From positions 806,001-870,000 of the forward strand of contig CM052837.1 in NCBI GenBank assembly GCA_028534125.1: DNA of 64,000 nt, given 5' to 3'. Positions 12,900-26,690 of this stretch are shown here, piece by piece. Both the position numbers and the translations under genes were made by a program. Origin of the DNA: Lama glama. Taxonomy: Eukaryota. Positions within the stretch are counted from its first letter, which is position 1; each line of letters opens with the position of its first letter. The notes under the pieces were generated by a model, which worked only from the letters and a program-made list of their open reading frames with translations, was not told the DNA's origin and searched no databases.

Positions 12900-13500
12900 A
12901 AGAGAGACAAGAGCAGGGGCGTGAGCATGACCTGAGGCCAAAGACACCCGCAGCCACATCACAGGTCAGATGCAGCCCAGCTCCCAGCCAGGTGCACACG
13001 AGATCTCACACTGAAGGCCTCTTCAGCTCAGTTCCTACGACCCAGTACCTTGTGTCTTCTGTGCAGCAGAAAATTACAAGTCTTGTTAAAAGCAAGAAAA
13101 AACACAGTGTGAAGAGACAAAGCAAGCATCAAACCAAACTTCGATACGGTGTAGAATTTGAAATGACCCAAACAGGGCATTTGAGTAACCATGATTAATG
13201 TGTTAGGGGCTCTAAAGGAAAAGTGAACAGCTTACAGGGACAGACGGGTGAAGCAAACAGAGCGATGAAAACACGAAGAAAGAATCCGGTGAGAACGCTG
13301 GAAGCCCCATGCCCTGTACCGGAGTGAAGACCGCTTTTGATGGGCTGCTCCGAGGACAGGACCAGGGAACCCGAAGCTCCGTCCCCAGGAGTTCCCACGC
13401 TGCGCTGTGCCGTGTGTGGTCGGAAGCCCAGGGGGAGGAGGGGACAGACTAGAAGCAGCATCTGAAGCAGTCACAGCCGAGGGTTTCCTGAGATGAGTGA
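12900..13500 (+). mobile_element. Old L1 (L1MC/L1MD-type) 5'/ORF1 fragment
   Basis: 'aaaattacaag...aaaagcaagaaaaaacacagtgtgaagagacaaagcaagcatca', 'atgattaatgtgttaggggctctaa' and 'cttttgatgggct' match the recalled L1M ORF1 start. Confidence 0.7.
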
Positions 13501-14635
13501 CAGACACCAAGCCGCCCCACGGACCAAGGTCAGCTGCTACCGGGCCCGAGCCCCCGGCCCCCGGCCCCCGGCCCCAGTGGGGGGGGGGCACAGAGTCTGC
13601 TCAGCAGTCTTAACGAGGCTTCGCAGCCTGTGGCTTCCAAAGCGCTGTCTCTGTCCCGCGCCCACCGGAGGGGGTGCACCCAGGGGAACCTTGGCTCGCG
13701 GCTCTGAATGATGAAGCCATATGCTCTACTCTCAAATGCTCATTAAACAGGATGACCACCCTCAGCGGTACATACCACTCAAAACTCATTATATCTCATT
13801 ACCTAAGGCTGAATAGCACTGTCCAACGGACAGAAAGATTCAATTAAATGAAAGTTAGACAAAGGCTTGGCGTTTGTGCAAGCTACAAACAAGATGCCTA
13901 CAGCTTTTGGGAAATGATGTAATTGAAATTGTACGTGGCCTTGGATGGTCACAGCACACACAGAGACCCTGAGAATGGCAGCAGACGGCTTTGCCGAACG
14001 TTCAAGTACTGCCCCCTTTCATGGGGTGGTTCCCCAGCCCCCAACGCACGGCCAGCAGTGCTCATCTGTCCTGGGTCCTCACCCCTAGGGAGCTGGTAAC
14101 GCTTTTGCGATCTGTACTGTGAACGCAGGGCACCTTGTCTGCTGTGTGTCCTCCTGGAACTGTCCATGCTTCTGAATTACCTCCCAGAAGGCAGGGAGGT
14201 GCCCCGTGTTCCAGGAACCACCAAGTCCTTCGTACAACAGACTCCCCGAGACTCTGCTTTAAAAAGCAAAGTGCTCTTGGGTTAAGACACGTTGGCCTGA
14301 GGAGACTCCAGCAAGGCTGTTTGGGATCCGCAGGGAAATTTTTCAGAAAGAAAGAAACTCTTGAGCAATGACGTCAGAGCTGTGAGTGTGCATCTGGTAG
14401 TGTCAGGACCCTGGCTTGGCCCTGAGGGTTCAGGCTTCTGTCAGCGCCTGTGCAAGTGGCAGCGTGTGCAAACTGCCTTCCGGGCCTGCTCCTGGAACAC
14501 ACCCGTAACGGGAGGCCAGGCCGTCCCGAGGGCCCTCGGGGCAGCCCTGTGGCTGAGACCGGCCGGAGGTGCTGCTGGCCCTGGGGCCGGGCAGCAAAAC
14601 CCCTCCACCCCACAGGCACTGCCGCCGGGAGCTGA

Positions 14636-15335
14636 TGTGTGAAGGAGACAGTCTCTCCACTCACAGCACTTCTGACACCAGACGGGGGCGTTTTCCACGC
14701 CGAACAGCCTTCCGGCTCCCTGGAGGCACCAGCTGGGTGCCCTGCAGTGTAGCTCAGCCCTGACGCTGACGGCCCGGTGTGCACAGAGCCCCCAGGTAAA
14801 GGACTCAGTCCCCGGGACAGCTCACCGACTCCGGGCGCCAGTTACAAGTGCTGGGGCCCCAGGTTACCAGTGCTCCTGTCCAACCTGGCTACAAATCAAG
14901 GCCCCCGTGACCCGCTTCCCGGCGTTGGTGATCTGCTGGAACAGCTCACGGAGCCCAGGCTGACAGGGCGCTTGCCGTCACCGGGTCACCGTAAAGGCTA
15001 CATAAAGCACACAGACAGCCGGACAAGGGGCACAGAGTGAGCGCCAGAGGGCCCCAAGCGCCTCTGTCCCTGTGCACTTGGGACGCACCCCTCCCGGCAC
15101 GTTGGTGCCTTCACCAGCCAGAGGCCCTCGGAGCCCTGTCCTGTAGGGTTTCCTCACGGACACGGCTGACTGAACCACCGGCCACGGTGATCGACTCCAC
15201 CCCCGGCGGTCAGCGCAGGGCTGAAAGTTCCGGCCCCGTCCCCGGCTGGCTCCTCCGACAGCCAGCGCCCCCCCCAAGAGGCCCCCAGGCGTCACCTCTA
15301 GCACAAGCCAGGCGGGGGGGAAGGGGCTCATTGTG
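14636..15335 (-). mobile_element. MER21-family LTR, GC-shifted
   Basis: 'cacttctgacaccaga', 'caccagctgggtgccctgca', 'aaggactcagtcc', 'ctgctggaacagctcacggagcccagg' and 'gggctgaaagttcc' are collinear with the MER21B/C reverse strand. Confidence 0.75.
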
Positions 15336-18300
15336 AAGCTCTTCATGGACAGATTTTAGAAAATTGCCTCAGGTTTCCCGCCCACGGGGGCAAACTTACC
15401 ACAGAAAAGTCTTGGCAGGAACGTGATGGGGGCGCAGGCTGGCCGGTCGGGGCGAGCGTGAGGGCCCGGCCGGAGGGACGCGGATTCACAGGAAAACGAG
15501 GGCTGACACGGCTCTGCTCTTTGGGTCCTTTGTCGCGAAGAGCCTGTGAGCACCAACGCAGCGCGTTAACAACGGAATCTGCCAGACCGCCCGTCCTCCC
15601 TGGAAGGTCCGCGCCTGTCGCTCTGAGGGCGCGCTCCGTACCTGAAGCCGGCTTTAAAAGCACGAGAGTTTTCGTCACAAAGTCCGCGCCGCCGTTCCCC
15701 CCAAGCCCAGGCTCTGAAGCGGTGCCTCTTCCTTAAGGAGAACTGAACCCTCCAGCTGCATCTCTCGCCGCGGGCAGCTTGCTTTTCTGCCCTGAAGGGC
15801 TGACCCGCGGTCACGCTGGGCGAACCCCCACGTTCTGAGGCCGTCGGACCCATCATCCTAATTCCCCTCTGTCGCGCCAGGCACACGTTTACGGGACGTG
15901 CAGATGAGCACGGGCACCTTCGGAGGCGCCATCACTCCACCTGCCACAAAGCCCTTTAAGAAGAAAGAGCTGGCCCAAAGGGATCGCCGTAACCTCCAAG
16001 CGGGGGTGTACCGCGGTCCGTCGCCACGAGGAAGAGGATGCAAGTAACCGCAAAGGCGCCTCACCAGGAGGAAGCGGGGAGTTTCAGGGGAGCTGAGCTC
16101 TCCCCGAGCCCTCCCACCTGTCACCCAAAAAGAACACACTGAAGACGCGCTCAGTGAGACCATGACGTCTGACTCCCACGGGACTTAGTGACGGCCGGCC
16201 TCCATGCCGCGGTCCCGGAGGCGCCTAGCCAGCACAGACTCCTGCTCCAAGCAAGCCCACCGGAGGCCCCGAGTAGACTGCTGGACGCCAGCCTGAGCTC
16301 AGGGCCCTCCGACAGTGACTGACGAGCCAGGACTGTCTGAAGGGTGCCCTTGGCTGGGAGAATAAAACACGAACGGCCTTCGCTTCCCTGCTGGGCTTCA
16401 GCAACTCACGAAGAGGCCTTGCGGCAGAGGGAGGCCGATGGGACGTGCCGCACGCAGCACACATGTTCGCTTGGAGGTAACGATTCTTCGGGGACCCAGG
16501 ATCAGGGCAGCGCGGCCCCCTGGGTGTCTGGTCCTCCGGGGGGAGAGTCTAAGGCTGTCCTTGGACCCGTGTCGGTTCTCCTGAACCTCTGCTCATACGG
16601 TGGAATCCCAGGGTCCCAGCCCGGAGAGAGGGTGACCCTGAATTACATCCACTGTCAACAAGGGCCCAAAGCCACCAACGGTGGGAAATTCAAAAACGCC
16701 GCCGGGTTTCTAGAGATTTTCAGAGGCGTGTTCTTAGACCCCTAACCTCCGACACCACACGGCAGGGCTTCACTTGGAGGCCTGAGGGCTTCCACGGAGG
16801 GGGAGAAGGACCACGGACGCGGGATGCCCGTTGTCACCGACGGGCCTCAATCCATCAATTTGCAGGAATTTTAAACCTTTTGGGGAATTTTGTAGTTTTG
16901 CAGAGTAAACTTACAGGTTGGTAAACCACCTACTATCTAAAGTGGGTTTTCCTTACGAGAGTTCCCACAAGGTGGAGGCGGCCCACAGACAGCAGGTCCC
17001 CAGGGCCTCAGGGAGGTGGGGGTGAGGCCGGCGAGCAGGGGTCTGCGGCCCCGACAGCCTGTCTGGGGCAGGCCTCTCTGGACGCGGGATCGCCCCGCCG
17101 AGGCGTCATCGCCTGTGTGGAAACCGGCTCCGGGGGGCGAGAAGGAGACAATGGGGTCGAAGCAGCCGTCAGGCAAGGCTGGTCTGAGCGTGAGCTCAGT
17201 GTTATTTGCAAACCTTGGGAGTTCGGGTGTCGCTGACGAGTCCTGAGGGACAGGTGTTGGAGGGGCCTCTCGGGCTGCAGGCCGACCTCACCCCACGTCC
17301 CTGGGGCTGGTGCGCTGCCTGGGTCCCTGGTGGGGCTGATCTGAGCTCAGTCGTGGGAGGTCAACTCTCAGCAACAACAGTGTGGGTCACCTGCCTTTGG
17401 ACAGATCCGTGTGCGGGCGGTTGGGTCTACACCCGAAAACGGGCTCTAGGCAATCTGGGACTCGAGCAGCTGTGCTTCTGCGGAAGGTGTGACCGAGCGT
17501 CACGGGAAGCCCAGCCCTTCCTTCCCCGGGTCTGCGCCCCAGGAGGCTCTCACCTGTGCTGGGAGAGCTTTGGCTGTCCCCGAGTTAGGGGTGGCGACAA
17601 AAAAGGAAGGCCAAGGGCTCTGGGCTGAAAGCTCCGGGATGATCTCCAGCTGGTCTACTTGGTCAATCAGAGCCAATCAGACCTCATTAAACGTGCGTCG
17701 TATCGCGTCCGAGACAAGGGCCAGGGCAGGAGCAGCGGCGTCCGCTGTGTCACTCCCAGGGGGTCCTTCTCCGAAGACGTCTGTTACCTGCTGGGGGGTG
17801 GGCTCTGGAATCAACTGAGGTTTCTGCCAACGGTGGACTGAAACCGTCCTCAGGGAAATGTGCAAACGTGCTGGGGAAAATATTTTTTAAAACACACTTT
17901 TAAATGCAAAACAGCTCTTGCAAGAAATACTCTGATGCCAGAAACGAAGTGGGATCAGGAGTCCCAAGAGGTGAACAAACGCTGAAGGCCTTGGCTGCTG
18001 GGGGTCCACGCCTCACGGGCGTCCTGGACCTTCTGTTCCAACGGCTGCAAGTGTGGGCACCACTCCCGGAAGGCGGGCACCGTAGTGGGGAGAGCCGCCT
18101 TTCCAGATACCAAGATGCCATGAAGTCCTGGTACCTAGGGTGAGGTTCCAGCCGGGGCGGTGGGGGGGCAGAGGCAGCAGCTGTCGGGGCAGAAAGAAGA
18201 CGCCAGCCCCAGGCCCGCCTGCAGCATCACGGACAGGGCCAGTGGCTGTGCAGGAGGACGGCAAGGCGCTGCCGCCTCCGCGCCTCGTGGAGTGAAGGCC

Positions 18301-21300
18301 GGAATCCAAGGGCACATGCCACCCTTTTAGAAGTGTGCTTCGGAGAATGTCCTTGGGACTTCGGGGCCAGGAAGAATTTCCTCGATGGAAGTCAAGAGCA
18401 CGAACCACCGGGAAAGCAGGGGAGCAGGTGGCTTCTGAAACCCAGGGCTCCTCGCCACCCTCACGGGGGAAGTGGGAACAGCGTCCCCGAGACCACGGAA
18501 GAGGACTAGGGGGAGAGAGGGAGAGACACGGCCTCCGGGCCAATAATAAAATGAGAAAGCGGCCCCCTGGGGATGAGAGGCAGATCGCAGGTCGGCATCG
18601 CACGACGCAGAGACACAAATGGCCAAGAAACCCTGAAGAGGCTCGAGTTCGTTAGTCGGCAGAGAAATACAGGAATGTGTTTTACTGCCTCCCTGCCAGC
18701 TGGCATGGTTAAGACGCCTGGTCACACCCAGCGTCTGGCAGGGCCGTGGAGCAGCAGGGGAATGCTGGAAATGGCTGTCAGAGCAGAAGTTACGACAGCC
18801 TGGCACTGCCCGGGCAAGTCCAGCCCCGGCCAGCGCCGCGGGCAGAGCTCTGGCCCACGTGTTCGCGAGCGCTCCCGGCAGCCTCTCCCCAGCAGCAGCA
18901 CCTGGGACCAGCAGCCTGTCCGTCCGCAGGGGAGGGAACAGCTGAGCCCAGGGGCCACGGCTCCCTCTCGGGGGCGGGGGGACCGGGTCCAGGGAGCACC
19001 ACGGGCTGGTCATGTGTTTCTTAAACCGGCTGGTGGGCGTGTGGTTTTTATTTTATTTCCAAGTTTTACAACACAGACGTACAGAATGTCGCTGGAAGCA
19101 TCGACCGTTTCACAGTTTAAAACATCCTTGCGGAGATCCAGCCCAGGCTGACCCTGGGGTGCGGGCGGGGGAGCAAAGGGCCAGGGGGCTCAGGAACCTT
19201 GTGAATCCTTGTGCCGCTGGTTCACGTCACACTGTCTCCATCCCCACTCGACCTGGGGTCCGAGGACAGGTGACCCTCGCAGCGCACCTGTGGGAGGCAT
19301 AGGACTCAGAAAGCCAGGTCTGTGCCCTCTCACACCCGTGCAGACCCCCCACAAGGGTCTCTTCTCTGAGAGCCTCCCTGCTCGGAAGGAAGGCTGGGCA
19401 ACGGGACAGTGGAGCCAGCCTCCATCCCTCCAGGGCCTCGCGGGGGCACCTCCGTGAGCTCAGGGCGCCCCAGGTCCAGCGAGGAGGAGAGTGGCCCCAC
19501 CGCCCAGGAGCCGGGACGGCGCTTGCTCCACCTGCTGCTTCTCCGGCCCCGCAGTCCTCGGGAGAACCGTGGGGCCGGGCCCCCCATCTGCACGGTGGGG
19601 CCCTCTGAGGGTGCAAAGAGATGAGGTTTACCAGGGAGAACAATGCCGCGGGCTGACAGTGCTGCGTCCTTTCCTGACTCCTGGCGTATTTTACTTCTAC
19701 CTCAAGGGTCTCGCCTACTGTGACAAATGCAAATTTGTCACCTAGAAAGAAAAAACAAAACACACAAAGAATCCTTGACTCCAGTTAAAATTCTCACCCT
19801 GGGCCGGGAAGGGGACAAAGCCGACTCTTTAACCCTGAGGGTGGGAGGACCCCGCGTCCAGGTGTCCACGCCCGCTGCCCCTTGAAGGGTTGGGGGCCCT
19901 CAGAGGCTGCCTTCCGGTTCCTCCCCACGCCCCACTCCACGCTTCTGCAGAATCGTTTACTTTTCCTTCCTGTTTCCTCTCGTCCTGGAGTCCCTCACGA
20001 CACAGATCCCCAAGGAGGGACCAGAACATTCTGCTCCACCTCCAGCCCTTTCAACACGCCCCTCCTCCTCCCCACGACCCAGCGCCCCGCAGCTTTGGCT
20101 TCCCTTGAGCTTCTGCTCTGTCCTCAGCCCACCTCCCCCTGAGAATTAAAGAGTCATTGGCCCGAGCCTGTGAAATCCGAGGCGCTGACCAGTTACTTGT
20201 GTGAACGCATCTGTGCGCCCTGGGCTCCCAGCCTCGCGCGCGTGTTACCCCGAGTGACTCCGGGACGGGGTGGGGCTGTGGGATCCAGGGCTGCCGAGGC
20301 AGAGACCTGGCGGGGCGACAGCCTGTCCCTTTGCCAGACAAGGAACTGAGACACGATTTCCCAGTTGCTTCCGTGCGGGGCCACTTGCCAGCGCTCCCTG
20401 GGGCGGAGGGGCAGAGGGAGGGGGCAGTGCTTCACAAGGAGCATCCGGAAGGGGACCCCGAGGCTCCCCAGCCCGGCCCAGGTGGGGCGCTGAGAGACGG
20501 TCCCCGCACCCTGCGGTCTCCCTCATTCATGGGGCACCGGACGGACCGCGGAGCAGAACGCCCGCCTCTCTGGGGAGACTGACGCTGGGTGCGGACGCTG
20601 ACGCCGAGGGCGGGGGCCCATCTCGCCGAAACTGCCCTTTCTGTCCCACGATCGTCACTGGTTCCCCTCCTGCCTCCTCGAAACAGAACTACAACAAAAG
20701 CAACAAGAAAAAACACAGCAAAGAACTGATTTTTCTTTAAAACTTCCGCCTTGGTTTGCAGCAGGGACGGAACCGGGGGCTTCAGACACTCCAGGAGGCC
20801 GCTGGTCAGGCAGGTCCGGGGTCAGCGCGCCTCTCCCAGGAAATCCACACCTGCCCTCCTGGCTGTGACCCGGGTGTCCCCATTTTGCCTTCTGACGTGA
20901 CACAGACCCCTCGACCCCTCTGCCCCGGGCAGCCCTTCTGTTCCTGGAGTTTTCTTAGCGGCCCTGAATCTTTTTTGAGAAAAACATCTTCTGTTTCTTC
21001 GGTCCTGTTGGTGTGAGCTGCTCCTTGGCTTACCCACTAGCGTGTCCGGGCAGCCACCCGCCCGGGCTCTCCACACCGCCCGAGCAAGAGGAAGCGCTTC
21101 CTGGGGAGGGCCCTTCCCTCCGACGACGCGCTGCCCCTCCAGGCGCCGCTGAGCAGCTGGCGTCCAGCTTGCGGTCGCTAGGATCCTCCCCTCGGGCCTG
21201 CGACTGCAGACTTCAAGGACGTGGTTCTCACCCCTGCTGGCCTCATCTTTTTGGTCCGAACTTATTTTTTCTGCTGCAGGGAAATCATTACATCCTTTGA

Positions 21301-21941
21301 ATCAGTCTTTGGGGGCGTCTGCTGTCCTTCCCACACTGAGGAAGCTTTTGGGAAAACAGCATCTTGAAACGCCGGGGGCCGTGGCCCGAAGCAGCTCCAC
21401 GTCTAGGTGTCCCCACACAGCCGGGGACGCGGAGGCAGGGAAGTAGCAAAGGCCACTGCGTCCTCCCCGCTTGTTCCACTGAAGAAAACCCTGCCCAGGG
21501 CGGACGCAGGACACCTGTGCTAGGCAGGCGGCAGGGGGCGGCCCCAGGCGTCGAGGCTGGAACTGACGGGAGGACCACTACCTCCTCGCCTCTGGTCAGA
21601 CAGCTGTGTCCTTCACCTTCTCCCCTGATGGGACTGGGCCGCGTGCCCACAGCGGTGACTCTCCGGTCGCTGCCGGCCCTTCCCTGCCCCGCCCTCCAGC
21701 CTTCCCGGGAAGCCCCCGCGTAAACCACGCGCAGCCACATCCTTGTCTCGGGCTCTTCTTCTGGGGAACTCGTCTATGGTGAGCATCTTCTAAATGAAGG
21801 TCTAGAGTGCTAGGCGGGCGTAAGGGTAAAGGGCACGACGGCACTGAATGTCTGGACACTCCGGAGAGAACGATTCCTGAATTCTAGTATCTACAACTGC
21901 ACTGCAGGCCCAGAGCAGAGAAGCTTCTACTTGAAAAAATA

Positions 21942-22200
21942 GTTATTTATTTACCAAGATAACACTGAGTTATAACATTGTAGAAGTTTCACGTGCACAG
22001 CGTCGCACTCCTGTCCCGGGTGCCCTGCAGGGCACCCAGCACCCGCGTTCGGTTTCCACCCGTCAGCAGACGGCCGACTCCCTTGCCCACGCACACCCCA
22101 GGCCCTCCCCTCTGGAAACCGCGACTCTGCTGTCTGGCCTGACGTGTTCATGAGCCTTGGCTTTTGTCTGTTTGTCAGTCTGTTATTTTCCACATCTGAG
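21942..22200 (-). mobile_element. Laurasiatherian L1 3' end
   Basis: 'ttatttat...ataacattgtagaagtttcacgtgcacagc', 'cccctctggaaaccgcgactctg' and 'ttccacatctgag' match an antisense L1 3' UTR. Confidence 0.65.
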
Positions 22201-24329
22201 AAGCCTCTGCACCTGGTTTCACGCAGAGGGAAGTCTGAGGACGGAGCTTACCGCAGAGGCTGAGGGTCGCCGCTCGTGGGTCAGTGACCAGGCCCCTCCC
22301 TGACCAGCAGCCGAGAGCGAGGACCGCCTGTGCGCGGCCAGCTGTCCCTCAGCGGCGCGTCTCCAGGGCGCGAGGGGTGGCTGTCCCCCCGTGTCACTAA
22401 CGCCAGCCCCTTGAAGTAGTCAGCCGGCTTCCTCAAAGGATAAACCCGAGCCAGTGCTATTTTAAAACATCAAAGATGTGCTTGTGGGTCTGGCGTGGGG
22501 GCTCTGGCTGCTGGTGTTGGGCCAGGGCCTCCAAGACGACGTTAAACCGCGTCAGGTTCCACCATGTGCGTTAGGGCTGCACCTGCCGTCTCCTGCTGAT
22601 GACCCGGGGCCCCGAGGCTACAGGGCTCGTGCCAGGGCTGGGCCGGCCCACGCGGCCATGGATACGAGGCTGCCCTGGCAGCGAAAGTCCTCGTGGCAGA
22701 GCCGCAACCCCCGGGTCCCCACGCCTATCGCCGTGGGTCCCCCGCCAGCCAGCTCCGAGCCGGGCTCTACGCACAGGTTCCACGTCCCGCAGTCCTACGG
22801 CCCCCGCCCGGCCCCTCCCTTGAGCAGTCTGCTCTTCCCGTGGAGGGAGACGCCTGCGCTGCGACGTTTGGTTACGCTGGCCTCTTGAGCGTTGGGTTAA
22901 ACCTGCATCTGGACCTCTCCTCGAGGGTAACTCACGGCTCCTTGGCCCTTTGGTTTCTGCTCTGACTGACCCCAGGGCCCCCCAGGGAGGAGGAAGGTGG
23001 AAAGTCACAGAGGAGGGGCTGCTGGGCATTCCCTGCGCTCAACCGTTCTGGCCGTGGGAGGGTGGGGCCAAGCGCAGTTCCATCGGGAACAGCTCATCTC
23101 TGAAGACACGCTGGACAAAGCCGACCCAAAGGCCGGACGAGCCCAGTTTGGGGGCTCGGGGAGCTGGGAGCGGCCCCAGGACGGGGGTCTGCTGGGCCAT
23201 TGGTCTGCTTGTCCTTCAAGAGAGGAGTTTAATGAGCTTTTTGCAACTAAATGTCAACCATACTGTTAAAATAATAAACGTCACCATTACCCAGCTTTAA
23301 AACAAACCGAAAAATCCCCAAATGACCTCCCCTTTTCTTGCTTCAGCCCCACAAGTTCACAGGGGCGGCTGGCGGCCCCCACACGGTCGCTTTCCTGTGG
23401 GGTGGTCCCGAGCGGGTGGAAGGGGCAGGGCAGCCACCTCGTCCCCTCGGCTCGGACTTTGTGCATGAGCTTCAGGAGTCGGCCAGCGTCCCGCTGTGTC
23501 ACTCAGGAATGCTCGGCTCTACCCTGGAATAAGAGAAGCCAGCCAGAAAGGAGGTGAGAAGCAGGTAAGCGCAGAAGCGGGTGGTCTATGGGTCAGGAAG
23601 ACCCCAATGAACTGACAAGGGCATTGGTGATGTTGACCTGGGTTGGGGGCGGGAGGACCAGGAGCATCACCTGCGTGGGATTTGACGACAGCCCAGGGCG
23701 CCCCTCGCCTGAGACACAGGTCAGCCACCAGCCGGGCACACGGGCCCCGGTGTCTCCTAGGTGGCGTCACTGGGCACTGAGCCCATCTTCAGAGCCCAGC
23801 TCTCACCCTCATCAGCACCCGGTCTGCACGAAAGGGAAGTCTCTGAAGATGGTGCCAACGGAGGATTCAGGGAGTGGGGTCCTCCCAGCCCGCGGGCACC
23901 TGGCTGAAGCGCGTCACTGACCCCAGCTCCTTCCTCTTGCTTCTCGCTGTGCTTTCTAGAATCCGTTCTGCCCACGACCCCTCGGAGAGCTGCGTGGGAG
24001 GTACTTGGAGGCTACGGTTGATGGCATCAGGGCCGTTTCCTCCACGGCAGATGACAGACACGGGACACCGTGGGTGAGGGGGCTCGTTAGAAACACGCCC
24101 CGTCCACGATTCATACCAAAAGTAAGGACGCAGGTCAGGGACGAGGGGCTGGGTCTCCATTCTCTGTTCCTCTGTGAACTCATCACAAACGCTCCCCACG
24201 CAATGTAAAGGGAAAAGAAAAAGTCGTAATTACGTGACTTTCATCCTGTGAAGCTCTTTGCAGTGAAGATAAGCATCATATTTACGTGACTACTTATGCA
24301 TTTGTTGTGCGCTGCATTGCAGGCTCTAG

Positions 24330-24515
24330 GTTTGATGTGATACAAGGATTTATTTCTTCGTAAATATCTAGAGAGCGTTCGTTGCTCTAGAGAGATGTGT
24401 ATGGCTGGCTGGATAAACATGGAAGCAGCCAGAAGAAGACACACGAAATGCTAACAGTGGGTCACAGAGTTATTAACCATGTTTTGTTTCTTATTCACCT
24501 TTTATGTGTTTTCAG
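24330..24515 (+). mobile_element. Old L1ME-type 3' terminus
   Basis: 'gaagacacacgaaatgctaacagtggg...ttttgtttcttattcaccttttatgtgttttc' is typical of L1ME ends. Confidence 0.4.
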
Positions 24516-25044
24516 GAAGCTCCTAAAGCTGCAAGGATCGTTCTGTGATTTACCGAACCGCAGTGTGTCATTTCAAATCTCCTCTGCAGCACAGATCTTC
24601 ATAGACGTCCCCAGGTGGGTGAGGAGTCAGACTCACACGACAGGGAGGTTTGGTCTTCGAGAAGGAAACAGTGTCCGGCCGTGCTTGGACGGTCCTGGCA
24701 GCACCGGCCACGGCACCCCTCCCGCGATGCCTCAGACCCACCGTTGCACCGATGAGCCTTCCCCACGTGCGGAAGTCCCTGCGTGCTGGGTCCTTACGCC
24801 AAGACATGCAAACACCTACCCTGCTCTCGGCTCAAACCTCTTTCTACGTTTGAGCAGTGCTGGGGTTGCTAGAAAACCAGGTCAAGGTGCATCAGCAGGG
24901 CCATACGCCTGCAGTCCACCCGTCAGCAGCCCAGCCGTGTGCAGGCCACGTGTCCGAGAAGGTAGTGGGCTGGTCTCGAGGATGCACTGATGGGGAGGGG
25001 GTGGCGCCGGGAGACCCCCCATCTCTCAAGGTCCCACCCAGGTC

Positions 25045-25500
25045 CAACTGCTGCTGACTTACCAGCCCTAAACGTGGCGGCTCCAATAGCAATGGCGGTT
25101 TTATTCTCACGGAGTTTCTGTTCGTGGTTCTGACCCAGGACCTCCTCTGCATACAGTCTGGGAACAGACTGAGGGACGCTGGGGCCCGGAGCAGTGGAGG
25201 GCTGGCTGGACACCCCCGCCTCTGGGGGCTGCTGCTCATGGCCCCTCCACGCAGGGTGACGCGGCCCTTCCACCACAGCGGCCCTTCCAGCATGGCGGCC
25301 CCCAGACAGTCGTCCTGCTCGTGGGGCATCTCAGGGCTCCAGTCGCAAGGAGGAGGCTGATCGCCTTTCCAAGACCCCGCCTCGGAAGTCACAGCACGTC
25401 ACCTGTGTGCACCCTAATGGCCACATTAGTCGCCAAAGCCCTCCCAGTTCTAGGGGTGGGACATAACGCCACCTCCTGATGGGATGAGTGTCAGAGTCTC
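25045..25500 (-). mobile_element. MaLR LTR (MLT1H-like) remnant
   Basis: 'cagcatggcggcc', 'gcctcggaagtcacagcacgtcac' and 'ccacctcctgatggga' are MLT1G/H blocks. Confidence 0.6.
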
Positions 25501-25672
25501 CTTGGAGACGGGCCTGCGTGGTGGGAGATGTTGCTGTGGTCCCTGAGGGCCGTTCCCCGGCTGGTAACACCCACCCCGTCTCCTCGTTCTCCTCATCCCC
25601 GAGACCCCGCTGCCTGGATGCCCCGTCTTGTGAGGCAGCTTGCTTGCATTTTTCTTCTGACATTTAAAATAA

Positions 25673-25832
25673 GTGAGGTATGGCTGGTTAACAATGTGTT
25701 AGTTTCTGGTGTCTGGCTCAGTGATTCAGTCGTACCTATATATATTCTTTTTCATATTCTTTTTCATTATAGGTTATGCCAAAGCCCTGAATGTAGCCCC
25801 TGTGCTCTGCAGGGGACCCTGCTGCCCGTCTA
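25673..25832 (-). mobile_element. Artiodactyl (camelid-type) L1 3' end, truncated
   Basis: Reverse complement of the tail at 36180-36320 ('cagtgattcagt...atatatattctttttcatattctttttcattataggttat'). Confidence 0.85.
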
Positions 25833-26690
25833 CACAGCAGTTTGCATGGAGGCAGCTTCCGCAGACCTCCTCTCCAGCCTTGAGGGGCTCCTCCCCAGAG
25901 CTCCCCCTCCATCCTGCACACGGCCATTCCCCCACCTCTCTGCCCCGGAGGAGTTCACGTCTCCCTCCCCAGCTGCCTGCAAACTCCCTGAAGGCTGGGC
26001 TCACCCGTTTTCCCTTCCCTGCGCTACCTCTCCAAAGACGTTTCAAAGGACATCTGTAGGAATCCTCCCCAGCAGGGGCAGTACCTAGACACCAACCCTG
26101 AGTGACGGCCAGTTGCACAGATGGCAGCGTCTCAGCCACGGGGAAGGGAAGGCGCACTGCAGGGGGGGTGGACAGTAAACAGTGCCCGTGGTGATTCCCG
26201 GAAACAGGGGTCACTGACGCTTTGCAGTTCATCATCTGGAAAGTCCCTGAGATTTCAGTAATAAACAAGGATTCCCATTTCTTCTTTAAAATCACTTCTA
26301 ATAAACAGACTGCTCCTCTGCCCAGGCCCAGAATGGACTAGCTCAGGACCCGCTGCCGTCTGGGTGAGCCTCCTGTGCTCACCTCGTCCCCACCCTGCGC
26401 CCGCCCCAGGCACCACCGACCCGCCGGTGCTCCCTCAAAACACCAGCCTGACAAGCGGCCGGGCCGGGTTTACGACGTAGCAACCACGCTCAGACTCGCT
26501 CTGCTGGTTCGCCCGCTGCGCGCATTTCTGCCTTCATCTGAGTCTGGACGTTTCCAGGTCTCTCCCCCTCGGGAGTGAGGAGGATGGATCGTCTTAGACA
26601 AGTTGAAGATGAACTAAAAGAAACGTGAGGAAACAAGACAGTTCAGGATTCCGTACGACTCTGAGTCCCTTCACTCTAAAACAAAATCCC

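Noticed and set aside
22571-22576. TTAGGG telomeric hexamers
   Set aside because: Isolated single copies only; no interstitial telomeric array
24516-24614. Plus-strand exon-like segment (ttttcag|...cag|gtgggt)
   Set aside because: The acceptor derives from an old L1 tail and the peptide is not recognised
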